Translations under genes and position numbers: made by a program
Part shown: in pieces, positions 49,686 to 62,250 of the stretch
Position numbering within the stretch: position 1 is the stretch's first letter
Layout of the letters: each line of letters starts with the position of its first letter
Assembly (NCBI GenBank): GCA_034780895.1
Contig: JAUZTB010000084.1
Span: forward strand, 4,863,936 to 4,927,935
DNA: 64,000 nucleotides
Source: Rhynchobatus australiae
Taxonomy: Eukaryota
Reading direction: 5' to 3'
The notes under the pieces: generated by a model
What the model was told of the DNA's origin: nothing
Database searches by the model: none
What the model saw: the letters and a program-made list of their open reading frames with translations, nothing else

Positions 49686-51692
49686 GTGAGTGTCGCCATG
49701 GCTAAGAACTTTGTGTAGAAATGGGAAATGGCGAGTGTCAAAGCCTGTCTATTTTGTATGTTCTTCAGTTCCAAGTCTCTCCAGATATTTTGTCAAGTCT
49801 TTATCCTGTGTTACTATAGTCTGGGCCCCTAACACTGAAAGATGGTATTTGGAACAGCAACTGTGTGGGTTATGTTAAGGGGTAGGGTAGGATGACAAGC
49901 TGGAGACAAGAACTTGGGTGCCATCAAGGTAGCTGAGGAATTTAAATTCATTAGATAAATCTGAGTTAAAGGCTGGTTTCACTCATGGAGCCTGTGAAAT
50001 TATAAAACTCCATCTGGTTCATTAATGTTATTCAGGGAAGGAAAATTACTGACCTTGCATGTGTGTGATTCCAAGACCTCAGCAATATGGTTTACTCTCA
50101 GTTGTCCTTTGGGTGGCATGGCTGTTAACCCTGCTACTTAGTTTCAGGGAGCTAGTTTTGATCCTGAACTTGGCTGCTGTGTGTATGGAGTTTTCACGTT
50201 CTCTCCATGATTATATAGGTTTCCTCTGGATGTTCTGGGTTCCTCCCTTATCCCAAAGGTGTTCTGGGATTTATTGGCTGCTGTAAATTGCGCTAAAGTG
50301 GTAGGAAAAAAATCTCAGGGGAGTTGGTGGGCATGTGTGAGAGAAAATAGGTTGCAGAACGACAGGGGAACGGGATTGATGGGATTCCTCTGCTGGATGC
50401 CAGCATGAATTAGATGGGCCGAATTGCTTCTTTCGGTGTTGTGATATGTGGGTAAATGATGGAGCAGTTTGGGCTGTAAATGCTGGCATTCTGTGAATGG
50501 GTTTAGCTGCATACTGTGGTTTCTTGGGCTCTTCCTTCGCCCACCAATACTGATATCAATTACAATGCACACTAGGGTTGAACCTAAGCCTCTGTCCTCC
50601 TTGCTGAGATCACAGTGAATGGTGCAGTTGTCCAGTATAGGTTGAACTTTCAATGTAGCTTGCTGGATCTTGGATTGGAGTTGGGTATATATTGATTTCA
50701 TGTCCTGAGGAAAGGAATAGATGTTTTTTTTTGCACCAAAACATGGGGAATTAATCTTGGATAGCTGGCTGAGAAACGTTGAAGTCTGAAGCCAGGTTAT
50801 AGAAACTGGCCATTAGTTTGGCAATTTCTTCCCCTTGCAAGGATTGCAGATGGTGATTTTTGGTATTGTAGACCTCTCTTCACAATGGTCCATGTTCCTG
50901 GTTGTGTCATTTGAAAGCTGTATATGTGAATAGAGAGTGGTGGTGTGTTAGGGTTGAGAAGAAGGCAGGCCTGTTAAAGTCAAGTGAGTTATGCAGAGAA
51001 AAGTTGAGGGGAGAGTCTGAAACTTGGAGGTTCGGATTCAAGGTAAGGGGTCAACAAGTTAAGACTGAGTTTTGTTCCCCATTCTTTGGAATCCCTGAGA
51101 ATATGCTGTAGGGAAATGAGGGTGGAGGTGTGGAGTGTGATGCAGGATTGCTCCCCTGAGTGCTGGCATGGGTGTTGGGCTGAATGGTATGTATAAGAGG
51201 GCTGTGGATGCTCGGTCACTGAGCTGAGATTAAAGGTCTTTTGGACATGGCATTGAGGAATGGGCAGGAAAGCTTGAGGTAGGAGATCCGGGAATGGCGG
51301 AATGGTAAACCCCAACTCTGCTCTGGTAAAATCAGCATGCCCCAGATAATGTGAGATGGAGAAGTTAAGATGTTACTCCCCAGTGACTGTTGCACCCTGT
51401 GTGCCACTGTGCTAAGGACTGCTGATTTGATGTATGGACAGAGGAGCTTAGAGTCAGCCAGTTGCAGCTACAATTGAAGGTGGCATTTTGGGCTAGGAAG
51501 GGAAACATCAGGGTTTACTCTCAATCCGCTTCCCAGTCAGGGAACATGGATTTTGGGTCAGAAAGTCTGCATTCTCTGCCCTAAACATCCTCCTTTCACT
51601 ACATACTTGTGACCTGGTACATGGAAAACCTCAAGATGATGTCCAAGCTGTGTTCATTGGGTATTCATTAACCTTGTCTCTCATACTCACAG

Positions 51693-51751
51693 ATGAACCA
51701 ACCTTACAGTATCGAAGGAATGTATTCTTCCCCAAGAGCAAAGAGTTACAG
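51693..51751 (+). CDS. FRMD8: FRMD8 coding exon 4
   Basis: ctcacag acceptor and CAG|gttagt donor. Encodes (D)EPTLQYRRNVFFPKSKELQ. Confidence 0.93.
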
Positions 51752-52262
51752 GTTAGTTGAATACAATTTAATGATCTTGATGCTTCATTCTGATAATCAA
51801 ACTGCTGCAGATATGACAGTCTTCACTCCAAATCTCTGCTTTTTGAGATTTTTTTTGAAAGGGGAGGACTGCAGATGCCTTTTTTAAAATCTGATTCCAA
51901 GATAAAACCTAGGAATCTGATTATCTTATCAGTTCTATAAAATGCCTTGCATTTTGTTTCTTCCTGTATAATTTTGATTTTTCACTCAAGTCGCTGGGAA
52001 CCAGTATACAAAGCAAGAATTGGGATAAAAAAATTAAATGTTCTCCAAAGGCAGTGATTTCTTTGTTTTAGTAGCATTAAAAGACCTCATTTAGTATAAT
52101 CTGCCTCCTTGGGAGCATCAATGCTGGTCTTGGTAGGATTCCTATCAGTCTATAGAATCTTTTGCTGTGCCCTGTGCTTGAAATATTCTCTTCCATCTGT
52201 CTCTCCACAGACAGATTCCTGGTTAAACAGGTTGAATGCTGAACCTAAGTTTGATATTTCAG

Positions 52263-52429
52263 ATCAAGGATGAAGGCATTCTCCGTCTGTTGTATGAAGA
52301 GGCCAAATGTAATATTCTGGAGGGCCGGTATCCCTATGACTTGGAAGACTGCCTTCAACTGGGGGCCCTCGCTTGTCGAATCGAGCTTGGCCCCTTTGAT
52401 CAGGAGCAGCACAATCTTGCTTTCTTCAG
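52263..52429 (+). CDS. FRMD8: FRMD8 coding exon 5
   Basis: tttcag acceptor and AG|gtgagg donor. Encodes [55 protein letters not shown]. Confidence 0.94.
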
Positions 52430-53121
52430 GTGAGGGGAGCAGTGTTGTTGAAACAGGAAAGCATTGAGGGGTTTGGGCTGAATAATTGGGTTTGAAGGTG
52501 CAGGTCTGTGTTAGCATTGAACTCGTCTCTCAGTAGTATTTGGAGTGCAAAAGCCAAGCTTTCTATCTTATTGTGCTTTCCTTAAAGTTGTTGGTTGGGT
52601 GGTGAGAAGGTCAAAGTTGGGCATTAAAGAGAAATAATTCAGGAAAGGGCACTGTTCCTGGATTAGGAAATTTTACAATTAAGAAAAGGTTATTTCGCCT
52701 CTCTATCAAATTCTCCTGCCAGCACCTCCAAAATCGTAAATTGGTTCCTTTATACCTTAGCTGTTTCTGCACTTTACTGTGTACACCTTTTGGTTGACTC
52801 GTCTCAAAGTACTTAATTAGCAGCAAAGTACTGTGGCTCATCCTGGGGTCGTGTAAGAGGCAAACCTAAACCTTTCTGGACAATAAAGATCCAACAACTC
52901 CTTCTTTGTAAGGTGCTGAAGCAAAGGTTTATTCCCTCAGCTGACATCATTAAACACTTGAACTGGTCAATGCCATATTGCTGTTTGTTGGAGCTTGTCA
53001 TGTTGGAGACTTTCCTCAGTTACAAAGTGACCACATTTCAAATGTTCTGTGAAGCTTTGGGGTGTCCTAAGTGGCAATGGAAGATCAAATCTTTTTACTT
53101 TAACCTGAAAATTACTTCCAG

Positions 53122-53340
53122 GGGGAAAATTGACCTGTTCCTCCCCACGCACCTGTGCAAGAAGCATGGTGGGTTACTGTCAGCATTCCGATCCCGAGGA
53201 GCCAAGCAGCATGGCTATGAAGAGATGCTGCTCGAGTCCTTCAGGCAGCTGGTGGATGACGCTGCATGTGAGGAGACTGAGGCACTGAAGTTACTCTACC
53301 GCCAGTATCTACAAAAGTGTCACCTGCTGCTGTATTATGG
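53122..53340 (+). CDS. FRMD8: FRMD8 coding exon 6
   Basis: ttccag acceptor and GG|gtaaga donor. Encodes GKIDLFLPTHLCKKHGGLLSAFRSRG...YRQYLQKCHLLLYYG. Confidence 0.93.
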
Positions 53341-55312
53341 GTAAGACATGATGGGTTACAGTGAATCCTGGAAAATAATAAAAGTACAAGTTGAAAAGAG
53401 GTATACTTGGGTTAAGTTGCATAGTCAAGGTCTTCCTCGCATACAAAACCAATTGCTTAGGGTCCTAGTAATTACTTGGCAGATGTCAGGAATAAGGGGT
53501 CATAAAAATTAGGCTGTTCAGGAGTGATGCCAGGAAGCACTTCTGAGATACAAAGAGTCACAAGGCACAGAAAGAGGATCTTCAGCNNNNNNNNNNAAAT
53601 TTGATAATGGAGAATCATAGTTTTATTTTAGTTGGGTTGGGGTTTTCATTCATTTTTGATTTGGGACATGTGCATTAGTGGAGTTGTCTTGACTGAGCAC
53701 CTTGTTGGACATAAAAATGCTCAATGTGCATTTAATGCCCAACCCCAATTGTCTTTGAGAAGATGGTGGTAAGTCACTTTCTTGAGTAGCTTCAGTTCCT
53801 CTGAGTGCTATTAGGTAGGGAGTTCCAGCACTAGGAACTGCAATATGTCTTCAACTGACAATTCTGTGCAACTTGGAGAGGAATGTGCAGATGATGGTGG
53901 TACTTTGTCTCCACTGCCATTGTTCTTCTTTGCAGCAGAAATTGTGGATTTGGGAGGTGCTGTTGGAGTAGCAGTGTTTTGTTTTCATAGATGGTGCTCA
54001 CTACTGCTACTGCGTGCTGGGTGTGGACGGGGTGCCAGTCAAATGGGTAGCTTTGCACTGGGTTGTTTTGAGCTTCTTGTATTGTTGGAGCTGCACTCAT
54101 TGAAACAAGTGGAGAGTCCTCCATGTTCCTGGCTTGTGCCTTCTAAAGACAATACAGAAGTTTTGGGACAAGTTACTCATTGCTACAATGACAATAGTGA
54201 AGGCAATGAAGTAGTTTGTTAACTGAACGCAATCAATCCAATCCTATCCTATCCCAGGTAAAATAACCACTTCTACCCTCTTACAAGTATAAAGCTCAAT
54301 TGGGGTTCAGTTTCAGTGTCTTTGATCAGTTGGTGGTCACTGGTGCTAGTTAACGATCCTAATTCAGTGAGGTAAATGGGATCCCTCTGGGTAAATGTGC
54401 ACAGGTATGGAACAGAAAATGCTGGAGGTACTAAGCAGGTCAGACAGTATCAATGGAAAAAGAAACTTGGTGCTTTAGATTGGAGACTTTTCATCAGAGG
54501 TCAAGTAATGGATGTCTGTGTCCTTGGCTTCCTCTATTACCTACATTTGGGATGTTGCCAGGAATCCTCTTCCTCGACTTGGGTGAGAATTTATGTATAC
54601 TAGGCATGCATTCTATTGACCTTGTAAGATTAAAATGTAGTGTGTTTTTGATTTTGATAGAAATTAATGGGGTATTTAAATCTCTTCTGTTTGTAGAGAA
54701 TATCTTTGACAGGGAATATATCCTCAAAAACCAAACTGGGGTACACTGGCTTCAGAGACTTNNNNNNNNNNNNNNNNNNNNNNNNNNNNNNNNNNNNNNN
54801 NNNNNNNNNNNNNNNNNNNNNNNNNNNNNNNNNNNNNNNNNNNNNNNNNNNNNNNNNNNNNGCTTCAGAGACTTTTTGGGTAAAGGCTGGTTGAATTCTT
54901 TCATGAAAAGCAATTAATGCAAGGTTCAATAAATTTAAATCTGAATTGTTTTTTTGTACTCACTCAGGGTTTGGAGAGAGCAAGGGATTACCAAGTTCCA
55001 CATTCTGTGTGAATAAGAAAATTGCTTTTCAATTCTTGTTATGTTTATGTGACTGTCTTGGTCTCCAGTTTGAGTTTAAGAATCCTTCATATTGAAACAT
55101 CTTCCCATTTGAACATTTTCATAACTTGTATCAGGCCATAACTCACACTTTTCCTGTTACTATTGCTTCTCAGGTCAGTTATTGCCCTTCTAAATCTCTC
55201 TTGCAACTTTGACTTAAGACCCTTTTTCAAGTAAGGGAGATGAATGATACTTGTGCAGTGAATGAGTTCCTGCTATTGCTCTGTACCCACTCACTTACTC
55301 CTGTGCTTTTAG

Positions 55313-55436
55313 CTCCGCAGTATTCACAGGCCAGATTGATAAACCAGTTCAGAGCTTTCTGCAGCGGAATGGACGCAAACCAGTAACCATAGCGATCAGC
55401 CTGGATGGTGTGTCTGTCATGGACAACAAGGAAAAG
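55313..55436 (+). CDS. FRMD8: FRMD8 coding exon 7
   Basis: ttttag acceptor and AAG|gtatat donor. Encodes [41 protein letters not shown]. Confidence 0.93.
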
Positions 55437-56611
55437 GTATATTTTAGTAATTCTGTGAATATATCTCCTGCTACGTGGTGGAAATTGTAGTAAAACTTGG
55501 TTGTAAAGGAAAGGACATTAACTCATATCATCTCAGCCATGGTCCATTTAATGTCAAGTCCTATGATATCCACTCCACTGATGATAAGCCAATTATAATA
55601 AAAAAGATAGCAAAATTCACCACTGCTGGTATTATTAAAATTGAGGGTACATGTTTCTAAGGCAAAATAGAAGTTTTACTCTGTGCCCAACCTTTGCCTT
55701 TAGTTTCATTGCCTAATTTAACGACATGACTGGTCTCTTGTACATTGATGGAGGGAGCTCAGATGCAGACTGGTTCGGAATGATTGAAGAAAACCACTGA
55801 AGTTCTAACTTAACTCCATCCCTCTGGGTAGTGTGGAGGTAGCTTTAATCTGTAACCCATGCAGTTCCTGCTCTAGGAGTGTAGAAAGAGCTTTTAATCC
55901 ATTCTGAACTTGGTTAAACATCTTGTGTTGTTTCTGATGAGCAGCATTATTTATCCATCTTTTAGTTTGGCTTCTTGTTCTGCTGTTCCCATGTTCCCAG
56001 CTTCTACAATGCTACATTTTGGAGCAATCTATTGCCAAATTAAGAGCCTGATAGAGAATTTCTGAGGCTTAGGATGGGGCAACAATGGCATATGGGACGC
56101 AACAGTTCAGATGAGGTCTTCCCCTCAAGTGCTCCTTTGTTGACCATTCAAGGAGGGAGGCATTGCCCTGCTCAACCATTGTCTTGTCTGAATGAGTGAA
56201 ACAGGCTTAAAGGACTGTCACCTTGTTGCTTTGCTAACAAAAGTATGAGGATGTCAGGTGAAGTTTTGCATGATGTTTGCTGAGTTAGTGCATACAGTCA
56301 TCACACACTTCCAGTTTACAAAGAGTGAGAGGTTCATTTAGTAACCCTGGCCCACACACGGGCCTGTGGAAGTGGGTGTGAAGGTGGAATTTCATGGTTG
56401 TGGTGATCTGATGCCATGCCATCATTGCCCACTGCTGATGCAGTGTGCGGACAGGGCTGGCCGGAGAGACCTCAGTGCTAACAAAACATTTCTGGAGAAT
56501 CTTCAGGAGAGAGCAAGTCAAAAGGGCCTTTAAACTTTCTAGAGCTGATCAACGGGTATTATGAGCATCAATTGAGATGAATCTATGCTGTCTCTCTGCC
56601 TTTTTTCTCAG

Positions 56612-56761
56612 TGTGTGCTCTTGGCTCTGCGTTTCCATGAGCTCTCGTGGGAATATACCTCCTCTGAGGATGAAGACTCTGATGACATCTTGTGGCTGGA
56701 ATTTGATGGAGAGGAGGGGGGAGCTGTTGTAAACAAGCTGCTGAAGATCTACTCCAAACAG
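56612..56761 (+). CDS. FRMD8: FRMD8 coding exon 8
   Basis: ttctcag acceptor and CAG|gtacca donor. Encodes [50 protein letters not shown]. Confidence 0.94.
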
Positions 56762-59700
56762 GTACCATGAGCTTCTCATTTAAAATGCACCAGTGTTTGT
56801 AAATGATGAGTAATCTTCAGGGCCTTTGCTGTGCTGTTTGTTCTTTTTTAAGCCCTGCGAACACTCCTTGTGAACCATGTTTACTTTGTACTCTCTAAGC
56901 ACACAGGAACACAGAATCATAAATGCACACACAGTATTTTAATGATCTATTGTCACCGCCTCGATTTCTTATTGATGGGAAAAAAATTGGATTGCTTACT
57001 CTGAGTGCTGAGGCAGATCTTTAAATACTGAATGGTCTAAGTGTTTGCTTAATTAGAGATGAGCAGTTTGATTAATTCTTCCTGAAGGTGTATTTCCAGT
57101 GATTTCGATATTCTAAAGGAAATTAAGGGATTAATTTCAGGTTAATCAATTCATGATTCCTATTGCTGATCGTAACTGATTTGGGGAGTGGTAGAGAGAG
57201 TGCAAACCCCCTTCATCCTTTACTCATCAAATGGTGTCTGTTTTGCTATCGGAGCTCGCTGAGCTTTGCCATTTCCTTTTGAAACATATGACTGTATTGG
57301 ATTGTAACTTCCTGTGCAAACACTAATGTGTTTACACCCATTAACTCTGTTTTGCTCATCAATTTTGAATATGAGTAATGACCAGTTTAACTGGAATGGG
57401 TTTAAATTTCATGTCTTAACCAGTAGAAAGAAAGCACAACCCTCTCTAACCCAGTGCCAAATGTTGGTCAAATGATTTGTGGATGGTTTGGGTTTGTAAA
57501 CTGTGGAGTAAAAATTGGATTTGATGTGATGTATCATAAGGAAGTGAATTTGTACAGATTCAGCAACTAAATCTTTCAAGTATTTGATATGTTTGGCATC
57601 ATCAGTCAAGAGAGGAGCAATAGGCAAAGTCACCCTTGATCCACTGTGGGGTTGCTATCTGAAGATGCCATCTGGACTGAGCTGATAGTTGGGGTAGGCT
57701 GCAAATGTTCTGCCTTCACTGGCCATTTAAACACACATAATCAGGTAGTCAATGGCATGGAGATTTTTTTGTGGGATATAGGGCTTGCTGGCAAAAGAAA
57801 CAAGTCCAAAGAAGTTCACTGGGGAAGCATGGGCATACTATGTCACTTGCAGTTATAAATATCTGTACAGATGTACAGGCTCTCTCTTGCACGAAAGTTT
57901 AGAACTAGGGTCCATTATAATAAGATGGTCACTGATAAATTCTGTTGTAAATTTATCCAGAGAGTGCGGATGTTGAATTTGCTCCTTCAGGGGTGGTTGG
58001 GCCAGGCATCAAATGCATTTGAAGAAATTGGATAAATGCATAAAGGTGAAAGGAATGGAAGGATATGGTGCTGGGAAAGCGTGAACGAATCACTAGCACA
58101 GAGCAGATGGGCCAAATGGCTTATTTCTATGATCTGCTCTGATTAATGTCCAAACTATTTGATCCAGACCACCCCTGGTGGAAATGTGAGTGTTTAAAGG
58201 AACTGCAGTAAATGTTCTGTAGAGATTTCAAATGACATGGTTTAAGACCTGTAAATCCCCATTTTTAAGCCAGTATCTTGCCTTCCCTATGGACCTGCTG
58301 CAGGTTCACAGAATTTTCAGTCTCCAGCCTTCTGTGTTATTCAAAAGAACTGAAAGGTTTTTTTGGGAGCGGCTGTGAAAGAATAATGGATTGGTCAGAG
58401 AATAATTGCAGGTGACTACTTTCTCAAGCTAACTGGAAAATTAACCCTCTAATTATTTAAAAAATATGAGAGCCAATATCTTTGGTAGTCTGCATGTAAA
58501 GTTTGAATTTCTTTCCCTCACATTGTTTAAGTGCGTGTAGATAGGCCAGAAAATAGTATATAATTGCCCACAATCTCCAAGTGTTGAGGTTGAGTGACGA
58601 CATGTTAAAGTGTCAATCTGGCTGGGATAACCAGTTGGTGCTGATCTCAGTCTATTTGGATGGCACAATTACACCCTATCCTGGGTAAAGAACGGGGAAA
58701 ATCCTGGGGTCTGGATTGCTACTTGGAGACCTAATTGATTGAGATTTTGTGTCAATCGTGTTAGGCCATGAGTACCATAGTTCAAGTCTGCCATCACTTG
58801 TCACTTGGGTACGGAGAAGTTTTCAGGCAAATAAAACTATGGATATTTTTGTTTTTCATTCAGTGTTGAGAAGATCAGCATTTATTGCCCTCTTTCAAAA
58901 ATAAATGTTTATTAAATATTTACAATGGGCACATATTCAGCAGAATATTTACAAAATTTAAATTCAATTAAAACACAGCCATCCTTATCCAGGATGCACT
59001 CCAGCCCCAGAGGTACTCAATTGTCACAGAAGACCTCCAAGCCAGTGGACATCACATGTTCTCTCTCTCCGGGTACATCCAGCCATGGACGTAGCCTCAG
59101 ATATTGCCCTTGAACTGAGTGAATGGCAGAGAACAGTTAAAAGTCAACTATGTTTTTATGACTCGAGTCCAGACAGTGGTAGATTTCCTTCTGAAGGGCA
59201 TTGAGCCAGAAAGCTGTTAAACCAGCTTTTACGATACTACCTATTTAAAATGCCAACATCATGAGTACCCAACAGAGCACTGGTTTGTTATTGTACTCTT
59301 GGTCTTACAATCTGAAGGCTTGTAGGTACTGTACTTGCATACTGGTGTGCTGGGACCTGCAGCAAACCCTTGCCCTCTGGTGCTCTTGCATCAATGAATT
59401 GCCCACGGCTTGGTGTGAGGAGGTAGTCTCTGAGGGCTGGTGTTGGGTGGGGGTGCAGCTACTTGTGCTGAAATGTGGAATTTGGGTCAACACTTTGGTC
59501 GCAACAGTGGGTGAGGGAAAGGGGCTAGTAGTGGCTGCTTAGTGTTGATGGACCACCGAACTCCTATGATCTTTGTCATCACCACATGTTGGATGTGTTG
59601 GAAACTGCTGTCTCCCCCTCACCTTGTGGCTGCCCCAAGGCCACCCACCATCATTGAACTTGGTACCATAGAGAAGTCCCTGAATGGGGAAAGAAGCCAT

Positions 59701-60196
59701 ACCAAAAGGGGGAGAAGCAGTTGCCATTGTATCCAATAAAGGAGACCCTAGAATCCAGGCAGTTTGTCAACAAAGGAGTCAGTGCTGTTAGTTCCCAGCA
59801 GTAGGCCACATGCCAGCACAGAGTGTCACACTGAGCTGTGGATGATTCATTGCTGGATTTGCACCAGGTTTCCGATATAGCAACGTGCAACAGCAGAGGT
59901 TCAAGCCGGGATCCTTGCACACAGCACTGACAGTAATGCACCTCTCTGTATCATTGCCGTAATGACCCCTTTAGCACTGAGTCCACTAATGTTCTTATTC
60001 TTAGAAACGAAGCCAAAGCACTAAGAGATGCTGGTGCCACTAACCAACTGCATTGATAGGATTTGAACCCATCTCTGGATCATCGCTTCAGGTTCTTTGA
60101 TTGTTTGCAAATTGGGCAACAGCACCCCCTGTTGCTCCTTCAGATTCTCAGACAAGGGAGCATCAGATTGAGACTAATGATGGTGTTTGTGCACAG

Positions 60197-60386
60197 GCAG
60201 AACTGATGAGTGGGATGATCGAGTATTGCATCGACTTCAACAGTGCCTCTGAGACACCACCGGTGCAAGACACTGTGGCTGCAAAGCCCCCAAGACCAAA
60301 GGAGAAACGCGGCAAACTGAAGCGGCAGAACAGTGTGGTGTGCAATCGGATCCAGCAGCTCTCGACCATTGACTATGTGGAGGAGG
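60197..60386 (+). CDS. FRMD8: FRMD8 coding exon 9
   Basis: gcacag acceptor and G|gtaggt donor. Encodes AELMSGMIEYCIDFN...RGKLKRQNSVVCNRIQQLSTIDYVEE. Confidence 0.94.
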
Positions 60387-62131
60387 GTAGGTGGCCTTAT
60401 AGGATGTTAACTGATTAGTCTTCAATTCGCCTCGGTCAGGTAGTTGATCACAGAATTGTTGCCGCACAGAAGTGGACTTTTTGGCCCATCAAGTCTGTAA
60501 TGGTTGTTTTTAGAGCAATCTATTCCATTCTGTAATCCTGAGATTATTTGCCCATGTGCCCATGCAATTCTTTTTTAAAAAATCCCAAACGACTCTGTTA
60601 CACAGTTATGTGTGGAGTTTGCCCACATGGGTAAAAGGCTGGGGTGCTCCTGTGTTCCTCCTGCATACTTCAGGATGCTTCCCTGTGAACACTGAGAACC
60701 CTTGGTTTGCAGTGTGTGGTCATGTTTCCGTTTTACCATGTCTTGACATCAGAGGGTGCTGCTCCATTCTGAAAGAGTTCAGCCATTCCAAGCAGTGCAA
60801 AAGGCTGCANNNNNNNNNNNNNNNNNNNNNNNNNNNNNNNNNNNNNNNNNNNNNNNNNNNNNNNNNNNNNNNNNNNNNNNNNNNNNNNNNNNNNNNNNNN
60901 NNNNNNNNNAGCAGTGCAAAAGGCTGCACAGACTTGGTGATCTGCCAGTATTCAAAGGCAATTTAACCTTCAAGTATGTATAAATCTACAAGAAACAATA
61001 GAATTTTTAAAGGATAAGTAAACTCTAATCATTCACTATTCTGAATAAAATAATGATTTGAAGATAACTTATTAGCAAAATGCAGTGACAGCTCTGGATT
61101 GGTTCCAGGGCTATAGGGAAATGGGACTAGACTAATGATTCAAAGACGAGTTCAAATCCAGCTACTTTGGCTGAGGAATTCCAGCTGTTAATTAAATCTG
61201 GAGCTGGCTTCAGTGATAATGTTTGCTAATTGGGGCCTATATGTGACTCCAGCCCCACATTGATGTGGTCGACTGGGCTATTTCAATGCCCATTTAGGAA
61301 CTGGGAGTGAGTGCTAGCCTATCCATGATGTCCCTTGCTCATAACGTTGGCAATGCAATAGCCTCTGTAGTATCTTGTTAATCACTGGCATCTCCGTCAT
61401 AGTTCTTAAAGTCCTCTAGTCCAATGAGACAAGTTCATGCTTTTGTACACTCCTGATCCTTGCATCACAAAGCTTGCTTGCCTTTACACTGTGATGTGCA
61501 CTACCACTGCAATATGTTAAGAAGAAATTCTCTGCTTCTGACCATATGGTTCAAAAACACTGCTGAAGGTCCTTGCCTATCTCCATTACGTGACCTAATG
61601 TGGTTGTGCTGCCTCAAGATCTCTTTTTACAAAAAAATTCTTTTTAATTATGGAAAAGGATATGCCATTGTTTTTTCAGCTTGCATCACATGTTCGCAGC
61701 ATTTAAGTGACAGTTGTTCCTTGTGGTGGGACTTTAACCCTACCTCATTTGCTGAATGCCCAGATGTTGTATGTATGTAATGAGTGTCCTCCAAATGGCA
61801 GCATGGAAACTTATTTGTTCAAGTCTCAATCCAGGCCAGAATGGTCAGGATGGGAGATTCCTTTCTCTATAGATCACTAGGGAACCAAAGGAGTTCTTGT
61901 GATCATCTGATAGTTTCATCCAAACCATGAAATTCCAGATTTATTTTGAATTATTTGAATTTAAATTTGCTTGCTGCCATGCTAGCATTCAAGCTCTTCT
62001 CTCCAGACCATTGGCCCGGATTCTAGATGCCAGTCCATTAACTGGTTCACTTGGCTGTGTAGTGCCTTTTCGGAATGCTGCAAAAGGTACTCAATAAATG
62101 CAAGTCTTTTGCACATATTTTCCACTTTCAG

Positions 62132-62250
62132 GTAAAGAAATCAAGAGGGTGAAACCCAAGAGAGCTGCATCGTTCTTCACAAGACAGCTGTCCCAGGGCC
62201 CAGCCTCTTACAGTGCTGTGGAAGTCACAGAGACGTTGGAGCAGGGCTGA
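62132..62250 (+). CDS. FRMD8: FRMD8 coding exon 10 (terminal)
   Basis: ctttcag acceptor. Encodes (G)KEIKRVKPKRAASFFTRQLSQGPASYSAVEVTETLEQG*. The ten exons sum to 1380 nt (459 aa plus stop) with all phases compatible. Confidence 0.94.
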
